Shown here one piece after another: positions 12,610 through 24,060 of a DNA stretch of 64,000 bases. The stretch comes from Atractiella rhizophila (taxonomy: Eukaryota): the NCBI GenBank assembly GCA_021432655.1, contig MU271395.1:1-64000 (forward strand), read 5' to 3'. The position numbers and the translations under genes were made by a program. The notes under the pieces are model-generated. The model was not told where the DNA came from. It searched no databases and saw only the letters and a program-made list of their open reading frames with translations. Numbering within the stretch: position 1 is the first letter of the stretch; every line of letters begins with the position of its first letter.

Positions 12610-15600
12610 TTACTCGTCCCGCTTGAAGAGGAAGAGGATGTCTTGAGTAGACAATTTATTCAGTTTGGCCGCTCCTTCGCCAGACAGAGCCGCGCTGGCA
12701 ATGTCCCGCTTCTTCTCTTGTAGGTCCAAGATGCGTTCTAAATTTGGTGTTACCACGGAATGCAATAGTAACATAACGCAAACCTTCGACTGTACTTTCG
12801 ACAACAAGTTTATAAACTTGCACTTTTTCCGTCTGACCAATACGATGAACGCGATCGAAAGCTAAGGATCATTTGTCATTGTAGACAAGTCCAAGGAAGT
12901 TTGAAACAAGCTTACCTTGCTCTTCGATGGCTGCCAGATTTATGACATCAGCAAAGTAAGCTATGCAAAACGCAGGACAAACCAGGATTCCACCTGATTT
13001 GAAATTAGTATCACCGACAAAAGCAGCAAAGAAGACAAACCAAAGGTCAAAAAGGATGACCCTGCAAGCTGCAGTAAGGTTCAGACCAACCGAGCCGCAC
13101 TGGAGGCGCCATCAGCTTTGGTCGTGAGATGGAGAGAACTACATACTTTCAATGACGCGAGTAGGACGACGGTAGACGGATCTGTCTTGAAAGCGTCGAG
13201 AGCAACTTCACGTTGCTCCCTCTTCATTTTACCGTCCACTGTTTCAAAGACCTTAGCTCTGGGGATGCATCTAGCAGATAATTTAACGAATCACTGACAT
13301 CTGGTAAAGCCAATATCGGCAGCTTCGAGGAAAGGTTGGAGGATCTCAAGCATTTGGGTAAACTGCGAGAAGATTATGGTCTTGTAGACCTTTCCATTCG
13401 CCTCCCCTTCACTTTGGAACTTCTTCAAGAGTCGCATGGCAAGTTCCACCTTTGTGCTCTTAGTCAAGCCCATGAACCGCTCCAGGAATTCCTGACACTC
13501 TGCGCATTTTCCTGCCTTGCCACCAGGTCCACGAATGGTCTTCTCGCATAAGTTGCACTTCTTCTCCTTCACAACTAGCCCTTCGAGCGCATCGGCGAGA
13601 GCGTCCACATCCTCTTCAGCCGGAGTTTCATCCTTTTTAGCCGGAGTGATTTCCAACGCGTCCCTGTCAACATCCTGTTCCTTCGTGATGAGATGAGGAT
13701 GGCTGGCAGCTTGACGGAGTCGGAGCAGTTTGAGAAGAATGGCTATCCACAGTTTCAGCATCCCTCGACGTCGCAAGAAATGGACACATACAAATGTAGT
13801 TACTCTTAGGGTCTCCCTTCATCTGATTGAGCTCCTCCTCTGCGCTGTTTGCAAACGAGTCGTAGAACTTTTGCTCTTCAGGATCCAAAAATGGCGAGCG
13901 CATGACGTCGACTTTCCGTTCTGGGAGGTTGATGAGAGGTTTACCGTCGACCAGCATGAACTTCGTCCGTCGAAGAAGGATCGCTTTCAGGATTATGTGA
14001 AGCCGTTTCATGGCCACCCCGCCCCTCTTATTCTTGATTGGCTTGAGTATTTTGTCCTTGAACCTGTCAACGGTGTTTTCATCCGACATAGAGTTAGGAG
14101 TCAAATGCTTACTCAGATAGCTCGTGCATAGGTTTGACGATATCACCCAGGAATTCGAAGAGCGAAAAGAGATCTTCAACTGTGTTCTGGATCGGCGTCC
14201 CAGTAAGTACCCCTGGGTGCACAAATCAATATCTACGAAGAGCTGGCGAGGAAACTGACATCTATAATGGGCCTTGATAGCTCGACATGCTTTCGCTTTG
14301 CCAGTTGTTCGGTTTTTGATCTGTGATCTGTTTTCACCATGTACACAGAAGGGAAAATATGTTGCTCACGGTATGGCCTTCGTCCAATATAACCCTGAAC
14401 ACCCATATTCTCAGTACTCGCATCAAGGTGTCAATGAAGAAAACCCACCGGTGAAATGTCATGTCAAACAGAGGCGCTGGTTTCCGACTCGCCGTCTTCT
14501 TCTTCTTCTTCTTCTTCGCTCTTTCTTCGTCGCTGGATATCTCAGACTCTTCAGAATCTGACACACCCTTCTCTTCCAAGTTCGCCAGAAATGCCTTGTA
14601 TTCTTGTTGAAGAGTCTATCACAGCTCAAGTCAATCAGTGAGGCGCGACATAAGGCATGACAGACCTCGTATGTGGAGATGACGACGTCACATTTTTCTA
14701 GCTTCGTCGAAGCTGGGGAATATTCAGCATCATTCCTTACCATGTTGGATAGTTGGATATTACGCACTCTTGGCTCGTTTAGTTCCCTACCAACATCAAG
14801 TCACTACAAGCCAGACGGGCTGCTGGAAAGACCTACCTGATGAACACACACTTTGAGCACGCCGAGATTGGTCTTCGATTTGATCTCCGCTTCCCATTGA
14901 GACGAGAGCGATAGCGGTGTAACAACAAGCGTCGGCCGCACCTTCGGGTTAGTGGACGGGTTGGCGACGATTAAGGAGATCATTTGGACCGTCTGCATTC
15001 ATTGCTAGTTCAGTTTCCGATCTTAAGTTCTCAAAAGTATACGCACCTTTCCGAGACCCATCTTTTGAAAGGGATCAATATCTCAATCAAGGAGCTAATC
15101 GACAGGGAAACGAACATCCTATAAAACATTGCTTGTTAAAGGTCTATCGGGCAAAAGAAAATTAGGAGACTGACATCAGCTAGAATTCCACCATGTTTCT
15201 TTCCCTTCTCACGATCTGCTATTTGTTCGATTCTACTCTCTCCATCTGTAAAGGCAAACTCACCTTTAAGCCAGCTAACACCTTGGATCTGATGTGGCAT
15301 CAAAGTGCAATTCAAGCCTTCAGGCTGAGCTTCTGCCCTGCTCAATGTGTCAGCAGGATGCTAGCGGTGATGAGGAGATGATGCACATATCGACCTCAGA
15401 AAAGTCCATCATTCCCTCCACGAGATCGCGAAGCGCCTTTTCGGTATCCTGGGTCGACATTCCGCGCATGTCATCAGCAGTGAATACCTCCCCAGGAAGG
15501 CGGTCATCTTGACGCTGAGGTTGCTGGAGGTACGAGGGAACGACGCCGTTGTACGTTTTAGCGACTAGAGCGTTCGTCAGCATCCTTAAAAGTCAGAAAG

Positions 15601-15901
15601 AGGGGTATGAACGAGGGTTATTATACTGTTTGTACAAATCTGCTTTTTGTCGTGTATCCTGGTGCTGCACAACGTTCGTGGGTATTATACCAAGTTGTGG
15701 TTGACGGGCCTGTGTATGATTTGAACTCCTGGTAAGGTCTATAACCTCTGCGTTCCTGGCAGGGCCACTCATTTCTATGATACTGCTGCAATCCTGAAGT
15801 TAGCATTCACGTAGGTTGCGGTGGGCGGTTACTCACCTTCCAGCGTCAGAGGGAGAGTTACTTCGTTTCCAATTCTCAATTTCCTGCGGTCTAGATGCCA
15901 T
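12610..15901 (-). CDS. SNF2-family ATPase, Rad5/Rad16-like group (Uls1/Rrp1/2-like), with a reduced Cys4 insert
   Basis: Motifs in order: LMPHQIQGVSWL, spliced GGILADDMGLGKT, TLVVTPLSLSSQW, VILDEGH, LTGTPIQN, LLRLRQAASHP, CNLC..CAEC insert, IIFSQFTQML, spliced [21 protein letters not shown]. The start at 15901 is tentative. Confidence 0.92.
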
Positions 15902-17344
15902 TGTCCTCCTTTGATATCTTTATGAACCACTTTACTACGCTTTGTCTTTGACTCAAGTTGGTATCTTGTTGCCTTGAACCAGGACGTGCCTACGTCACGT
16001 GTTATGTCCCTTCAAATGTCATCATTGTGGCCATCCAAACCACCAACACCTTCTCTCACAGTCGTGTCGACGCGCAGATCTCCGCCAAAGGTCCACCAAT
16101 CCGTTCAGGATCTCTAACCCTAAGTGTATAACGCGCGTCGGAGGCGATTCGTCGTCAGGCTGGCACGACCGGAAATGGGTCAAATCCTTCGCGTCCTTCA
16201 ACTTCATGGTTTACGGCCCTTTGCCATAAAGAGGGTCACGGATTCCGAGGCGAGTGGATCATTCGAACTCACAGAGAGAGGTTGTGGTTTGGAGCAGTGG
16301 ACCAAATGATGATGTGCCCACGAGCTGGCAGGTTGCAGGGAGACGAGAAAATCGTTCGCCTCCGGGTGGGCTATTAGAGCTTCGTGCTCGTGCTCTGTCT
16401 CCTTCCTTGTTAAGCCTGAAGTAGCCCTTTGTGGCTCTGATGATGGGATTTCTGATGGGACTTGCATTTTTGTTACTACTCCACACGAATTGGTTCACGC
16501 TTCCGGTGTGTCGCTCGCACCGCATGGCTTCCCTTTCAGGCAGAGGGAGAGGCAATAGGACATTCGCTGTTGATTGGCAATGCAAAGTGTAGGCGAAATG
16601 ATATGAGAGACTTGATTTTGATTTGGTTCTTCATTACTTGTGGCAATGTGAGGGTACAATTTGGACGCAATGGATGTCACTTCAAGTATTCAGTAGAAAG
16701 CCTGCTATTTATTTTTCACGTCTATTATCCTGACTTAGCTTAGTTCGGACTCCCGCAGGAAGCTGAAAGGAGTGAGCATCGTCGGCGCTCTTAGGCATAT
16801 TCATCTCTTCATCTCCCTTCGACAAATCTTTGCAGCTCGCGCGACAAGCTTGTCTTAACACTTTGTTTAGTAAAGCTCACTGCTGCACTTTGTGTGTCCT
16901 GTGATAAAGAAAGCTGTGGATGCGCCATTCCTGACTGATCGCATCCGTCACCATCGTCGCGTCAAATAAGGCAAAATAGGCATTTCAGGACTTTAATTCT
17001 TCTATGGAAATTGCCCTTGTCATGGCAAGTTGCAAATGATCGTTGAACAGCAATTGTCACGCTAGTTACACATAAGGCTGTCGCCTTCTTCAGAATCCTA
17101 CTTCTATCGGAGGAGCACAGAAATGATACTTTGTACTTTGCATGCCCTGACAATATACTTTGAGGTGAGTCGAAACACGTGACACGCATTCCACAACCCG
17201 CGTGGTAACGCGAGGCGATGTTTGATTGATGGCGCTGCTCCGAAACTTCCACAGCGTCTAAGCAAGCGCCGAGGAGACACTGTGGTATAAACAGTCTCTC
17301 TTTTCTTGTATACCCACCCTTCCTCTTCCTTCCCGCTCAGCATC

Positions 17345-19603
17345 ATGATCCTGCCCCTCCTCCTCCCATTCGTCCTGAGCGCCAACGCCGCGGCTCTCCA
17401 GTACAGCACCGACCCATTCACGCCTAACGTCCATGCCCTCAGAGCTCTAAGGGCCGAAAGAGCTCATTGGTTAGATGAAGGAAATAGCTTCAACAAGCGA
17501 AGGCTTAGCAAGAGGAGCGTCGAGAGTGATGGGACTTTGAGGATTCCTTTACAGAAGCGAGGGAGAGAGAGTCGGAATAGAAAGAGAGCTATGATGGATG
17601 ATAACGGAATGATAGATTGGGATACCATGTACATGGAGGTCTGGAGGGTGCACAAGTTCGTCCTTTCCTCCGTAATTCAGCTAGGTTGGTGTTCATGTGC
17701 TTCACATGAGTGTAGCAAGTACCGAAAACACTATGATGGACCTCTCCCAAGCTGGGCACAGACTCCCTCTTCTGCTGCCCGCACCGATACCCACGTGCCT
17801 TTCTGGCTCGCTAATTACATGGACAACGCAGCGGCAATGCAAGATGCGTACCATGTCAACGCACAGAGTCAACTGGATTCTATGGGCTCCTTTTCCGGAC
17901 TTCAAAAGGTGCTTTATTCTGTTTTATGAGAAAAATGAACTAAGCGATGATGTAGAGAGAAGAGCCGTTGGTAAATGTAGGAAGCGGATTGCTGTGGGCA
18001 GGCTCAATCGGTATCGGACCCCACCTCAAAATTTCAGTATAGGTTTGTCATTTCTTTAACAACTTGAAGAAGGGTTGAGGATTGTACAGATTTCGATACT
18101 GGCTCTGCGTGAGTTGGCTCATCTTGCGTTCGAGCTAAAAGGTAACGAGATGCGGCGGCGTAGCGACCTTTGGGTCCCAGATAGCTCCTGTGTCCAAACT
18201 TTTCCCAGCATTTGCACTACTGGAGTAAATGTCTTCAACGTTAGTGTCTCCTCTATCCTACGGGCATCGACTGAAATAAATATTTCTGAATAGCGAAACG
18301 CCTCCTCGACTCTACAGCAAGTCAACAGTCAAGTCCTAAATATCTCCTACGGTGACGGATCAGGTGTGCAAGGTGCAGCTTTCACCGAGACAGTAGCCAT
18401 TGGGACGGCTGTCATCCAAAACCAGTTCTTCTCCCCAGTCACAAGCTTCAACACCGGATCACTCGGATCTTCTGGTCTTTTGAACGGTCGTGATGGCTTG
18501 TTGGGTTTGGCGTTCGAGACCATCAGTCAACTGAATCAGCGGTACGTTTCTGCCCATTCGTTGTTTTCAGCAGCCTTCTAATAGGGTGTAAAAGGACACC
18601 GAGCGTCAATGCTTTCCTGCAAGGACAGATCCAGCAACCTCTATTCGGCGTCAGGCTTGGAGATCCGGATCAGACTTCGGAGTTGTTCTTGGGAGGAATC
18701 AACAATGCTCTGCTGACCGGAAGCATCGAGAGTTATGAAGTTATCAACCCTGCTTTCTGGGTTTGTTTTTTCCTTTGCACCTCTACTTGTAGAGACCTCG
18801 CCTGAGTATGGCATCTAGCTCCTTGGCGCCTTCCAGACGCTGTCCGCCAAACCTTTCGGTAACTGCACAACTGCCGCTATCGATAGTAAGTTTTTATGGT
18901 CTGGTCATGTGGGAATCGTACACTAATAGGCGAATCTAGCGGGCACAACCCTCATTGTGTCAGCTTTTCACACTATCGCTCCTCCTGGCTTGTGCTGAGT
19001 CGTTCCACAGAGCTCCGATCGATGAAGCCATTCTCCTCTATTCCCAAATCCCCGGCGCGACAACGCAACCCGATCAGAGCGGCGCATTCTACGTTCCGTG
19101 TGATACCATTGAGACTGTGCAATTCGGTCTCAAGTTCGCTTACACCCTCCAAGGGCTTATTTCCAACGGAGCTGATCCAACAAACTCACAGACCTTTGGA
19201 CGCAATTGGGGAGTCGCTGGTAAGCGTTTTACTCTGCAAGGGAGCATGACTGAATCAATGAATGAAGGAAAGTACTTTAACTTTGGCATGACTTCGCCTG
19301 GCAGCAATATGTGCGTCGGTGCCGTCATTGGGTCGGCTGCATTCCAGGGACAATGGGTTCGGTTTTCTCTTCGCAGCTGCTTGTTGATTTGCTGATGTGG
19401 AATCATAGATTGTTGGAGACGCCTTCATCCAGAACAACTACAATATCTACAATTTCGCCAACGTCACCGTGTCGTTCGCAGATACCGAGACTGGAGATCC
19501 ATTTGCAGGAAGCGGAACAACTACTCCACCTGCATCGACTGCCATCCCAACGGCCCCCAGCGCATCCGTGAGCACGTCCGCAACTGCAACTACATCCCCG
19601 TAG
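17345..19603 (+). CDS. Secreted pepsin-family (A1) aspartic protease with a Ser/Thr-rich tail; apparent 1-nt frameshift at ~18018
   Basis: Signal peptide MILPLLLPFVLSANA, prosegment LRIPLQKR, spliced DFDTGSADLWVP, ISYGDGSGVQG, DGLLGLAF, second catalytic motif AIDTGTTLI, WIVGDAFIQNNY, and a T/S/A-rich C-tail ending at TAG 19601-19603. Confidence 0.9.
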
Positions 19604-20041
19604 TATTTTGGTTTTGCCAAAGGAGTTTCTGAGAAATTATGCCTTAGGACATGTTATACGTTAATACGTGATTCTGTTGCTTCATGACCGCATGTCATCG
19701 TTTGCAATGATGATAACACGATGTTCGCCTTTCAATTCAACTTCTGCCAACTCATATCCGCTCAATGAATACAAATTTTGGTTCGAGTCCAAGCGGTGCC
19801 AATGTCTCCTTAAATGAAAGATTTATTTAGGGGAAAGAATGTATTGCAGCTCGCAAAGCGCATGTGTGGTTCCTCTCAGGGAACAATGAAGTGAATCAAG
19901 TTTAAATGTGTTAAAGCTCCAGCCAACGCATCGCATGTAATCGACCTGTCGCCATTTGTACGCTGGTTCAAAATTTGTGGTACTTAGTCGAACGGTGGAC
20001 GATCGAATCAACTTAGACGCGTCGCGTCTTTCGGGAGGGCT

Positions 20042-22432
20042 TTATGCCTTTTGGTAAATCGTCAACCTCTGTCCTCCTCCACATTGTTGGTATGCTGGAA
20101 ACAACTGTCATGAGCATGAAGGCTGGTGAGTGAACGAAATACAGACCGTTGCCTGCGCAGGTAGTAGTGCATTCAGCATCATCGACCTTGACAGCCGAAG
20201 AGGGAAGAGAGCTGCTGCAATAGCACTCATTGGCGTACTACACAGACCCCATGCATCAGCTTTGCTCAGGAAGATCAGCATGGATAACTCACTTCGGCTC
20301 CAGCTACCTTGAAGCCCTTGCTCTCACAAAACGCGATGCAAGTACCCAATTCCTGAGTCTTATCTGTCGTAGAAGCGTCCTTAAGGAGTCTTCCACCAAC
20401 ATCTTGGTAGCAACCCAATGCTTTCCAGGCGCTTGGAATAACGGAGGAAGCAACTGCCCTCTTTCTCAGGAGGAGACCATCTGTGTTAGCTGAGACGGTG
20501 GAATCGTAACCTGAGAGAAGAGCGAAACGACGCGGGAAAGTGATGTCCTCAGAATGCATGGATCCGCGCCGGTGGACATGGAAATCACTCCTCTTAGCCG
20601 GGGCAGAGCAGTGAGAGACGGGTGCGGTAGAAGTGGCGCTCGCGCTCGTGGTCTTCGTCACCTTCTTGGTCGAGGAAGCCTTGACAGACGTCGTTTTGGT
20701 GGGTTTAACAGATGTTGTCTTTGTGGATGTGTGCTTGACGGATGTGGTTTTCGTCTGAGTAGACTTGACAGATGTGGTCTTCGTCACCTTAGTGGATGCG
20801 GAACTAGTCTTCGTGACAGCTTTGGTGCTCGTAGATGAAGAGGGCTTCTTTGTCGAAGTAGCGGCGGCGGAGGTCTTGCCACCAGAGGAGTTTCCATTGT
20901 AATTAGCGAACTGGGCGGCACCATTGATTGAGCCAGCGACTTCGATGGGACCGAAGTTAGGAGTGGCAGGCGGGTTCGCCTATACATCCGCCAATCAATG
21001 ATCTCTCTCCCATCGAGGATGGATTGACATACAGCGGCCTGTTTAGCTTCGGGACCCCAAAGCAAGTTGTCTCCAGGAAGAGCTTTGATGGCATTCCAGA
21101 GTCCAACGTCCTCCATAGGAGCGTCAGTCTTAGGTTGGCACGCACTAGCGGCCTCATCATCGATATATGGCTTCAGAACATTGCAGTCTACCGTAGTCAT
21201 CAGCTCATCCCTTTCAGGCAACGAAAGAAATCACGAACTGGACAAGACGCCGTACATGTCGTCGCAGGTATCGACAGACTTCTGGAGGAGCTCGAGGTCT
21301 TCCCATCCATTGGTAAAGTCCTGGTTATAACTCAGAATATGGCAAGACAAGAAAATAGGCAACGAACGCCGTGATTGGAGTATCCGATTTTGTCTCCGGT
21401 AGACAGAACGAAAGATCCTTCACCATAGTATTTATAAGGCGTAGTATCAACTATGTGCTCATAGAACAGAGAGATGAGCTGAACAGGGTGGGAGCTGTCA
21501 TTTGGCAACCATCGTTAGAGGCTGAATGGCAGAGGGTGAGAAAACGCACTCGGGGCAGTTCCCTCCGTTATAGTTGTCGATGGGATATGCCATGTGGCTT
21601 TTGTGGTCAGCAGAGTCGTAATTAACACCGTCCCAACAAGAGGGGAAGACTATTCCATCGAATCAATCGTTATTCTTGAGCACACAAGTAAACACACAAA
21701 TCTGGATGCGGACTCCATCTGGGTCATAAGGTGAGCAGCGCGATTAATATCGGAGAGCGAAGAAGAAAGCGCACTAGGGCAGTCAGTCTTGGGCCAAGTA
21801 GGTCCCTCATATCCGTTGGGAGATCCAGAGCGGTAATCGAGGCAGACATAGGAAACAGCCTGGTCGGCATGATTCGTGGAGTTGTAAGTATTCTTTCCCG
21901 GATCTCCAGCAAGCATCCTTAAACCTTTCCATCCCACATCGGTAAACTGACTGAACGAGCCGTGAAAGGGAAAATGCGAACCTTTCGGCCACGCCTTGAT
22001 CGGTGACTTTTTTGATCCATTCCCTGTTTTCTCAGTTGTAGGCGAGGCTCAGGATGCAGAAGAATACTTACTGAATAGGTAGTAAACGTTGAAGCCACCT
22101 TTCAGCTTGTGGAAGTCTCCAGTGTCTTTATCATGGTAGTAAGCAGCAGGAGCCCAGTAATTCGACTGCAGCGCCAGGGTTAGAGTACCCGAGCTTTTGA
22201 CAAGGAATTTACAGACCTTATCAACCGTGACTGGCATGGTAGTGCAATCAGCAGTGAGGGAGTCCTCATAATCGTAGGTAGCCTTGAAAGCATTTCCACC
22301 TGCAATGTCGTGGAGATGCTTGGAGACTCCACCGGGGTTGACAATGGAGTCCATCCTTGCGGAAAGGAGGGTCTTTGTGGAGAGAATGTAGAAAGCGCTT
22401 GCAGCATTAGTTAGGAGAAGGAGGGACAGCAT
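20042..22432 (-). CDS. Secreted DUF1996 + C-terminal WSC domain protein
   Basis: Signal MLSLLLLTNAASA. DUF1996 motifs RMDSIVNPGGVSKHLHDIAGG, DKSNYWAP, GLRMLAGDP, FPSCWDG, GDNLLWGP. Thr/Lys linker (TKTTSVK repeats). WSC motif LGCYQDVGGRLL..CIAFCESKGFKVAGAE..CGG. Confidence 0.9.
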
Positions 22433-24060
22433 TTTGACGTAGTAGTGTGTTAAGAAAAGAGAGACGAAAGAAAAAATGGAAACAGATGAGAAAAGAGCAA
22501 AGAACGAGGGGATTATGCTCTTTTATGCACATTCGGGCGATGATTCTTTACCACCCTTCGGCTTCAGAGAAGCTCAGGAGCGTGTGAAGGGTTCTGACAC
22601 GCGTTTGAAAGGCACGGGAACAAGCTTCGTTCTTATCTGATCGCGCCCGGTACAAATCTCGACGATGTCCTGTGCTGTCCAGTCCAGCTCTTCCCATCAT
22701 TTCGGGAGCTTGCTTCGGTGCATCTCAAGATGGGCTTTCACGCACATGCGAGTGAGACGCTTCAAATCCCTCATGACTGGCACATCACTGGGACAGGAAA
22801 ATTTCCCCATTCCACGATGCGATAAGAAGCGGACTGTTTCTGCTACACTTTGGACCGACGGGCTCCTGTAAGGACTGCGAGGACAACGCCACGCCAACTC
22901 CGAAATATCGGAGAGCGAAGAAGAAAGCGCACTAGGGCAGTCAGTCTTGGGCCAAGTAGGTCCCTCATATCCGTTGGGAGATCCAGAGCGGTAATCGAGG
23001 CAGACATAGGAAACAGCCTGGTCGGCATGATTCGTGGAGTTGTAAGTATTCTTTCCCGGATCTCCAGCAAGCATCCTTAAACCTTTCCATCCCACATCGG
23101 TAAACTGACTGAACGAGCTGTGAAAGGGAAAATGCGAACCTTTCGGCCACGCCTTGATCGGTGACTTTTTTGATCCATTCCCTGTTTTCTCAGTTGTAGG
23201 TGAGGCTCAGGATGCAGAAGATTACTTACTGAATAGGTAGTAAACGTTGAAGCCACCTTTCAGCTTGTGGAAGTCTCCAGTATCTTTATCGTGGTAGTAA
23301 GCAGCAGGAGCCCAGTAATTCGACTGCAGCGCCAGGGTCAGAGTAACCGAGCTTCTGACAAGAAATTTACAGACCTTATCAACCGTGACTGGCATGGTAG
23401 TGCAATCAGCAGTGAGGGAGTCCTCATAATCGTAAGTAGCCTTGAAAGCATTTCCACCCGCAATGTCGTGGAGATGCTTGGAGACTCCACCGGGGTTGAC
23501 AATGGAGTCCATCCTTGCGGAAAGGAGGGTCTTTGTGGAGAGAATGTAGAAAGCGCTTGCAGCATTGGTTAGGAGAAGGAGGGACAGCATTTTGACGTAG
23601 TAGTGTGTTAAGAAAAGAGAGACGAAAGAAAAAATGGAAACAGATGAGAAAAGAGCAAAGAACGAGGGGATTATGCTCTTTTATGCACATTCGGGCGATG
23701 ATTCTTTACCACCCTTCGGCTTCAGAGAAGCTCAGGAGCGTGTGAAGGGTTCTGACACGCGTTTGAAAGGCACGGGAACAAGCTTCGTTCTTATCTGATC
23801 GCGCCCGGTACAAATCTCGACGATGTCCTGTGCTGTCCAGTCCAGCTCTTCCCATCATTTCGGGAGCTTGCTTCGGTGCATCTCAAGATGGGCTTTCACG
23901 CACATGCGAGTGAGACGCTTCAAATCCCTCATGACTGGCACATCACTGGGACAGGAAAATTTCCCCATTCCACGATGCGATAAGAAGCGGACTGTTTCTG
24001 CTACACTTTGGACCGACGGGCTCCTGTAAGGACTGCGAGGACAACGCCACGCCAACTCCG
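21746..24060. repeat. Direct tandem duplication with a 1158-bp period (21746-22902 and 22904-24060)
   Basis: Identical ORFs recur at a 1158-bp offset (22665/23823 and 22432/23590). About 12 substitutions were seen, all in the part corresponding to ~21960-22410. Confidence 0.97.
22904..23590 (-). pseudogene. Truncated 5' duplicate of the DUF1996-WSC gene
   Basis: Same start and first exons as the 22432 copy, but it breaks inside an intron at the repeat junction (~22903) and runs into the upstream region of the full copy. Confidence 0.75.

Noticed and set aside
20640..20830. GATGTGGT-type short repeats
   Set aside because: They encode the TKTTSVK linker of the DUF1996-WSC protein.
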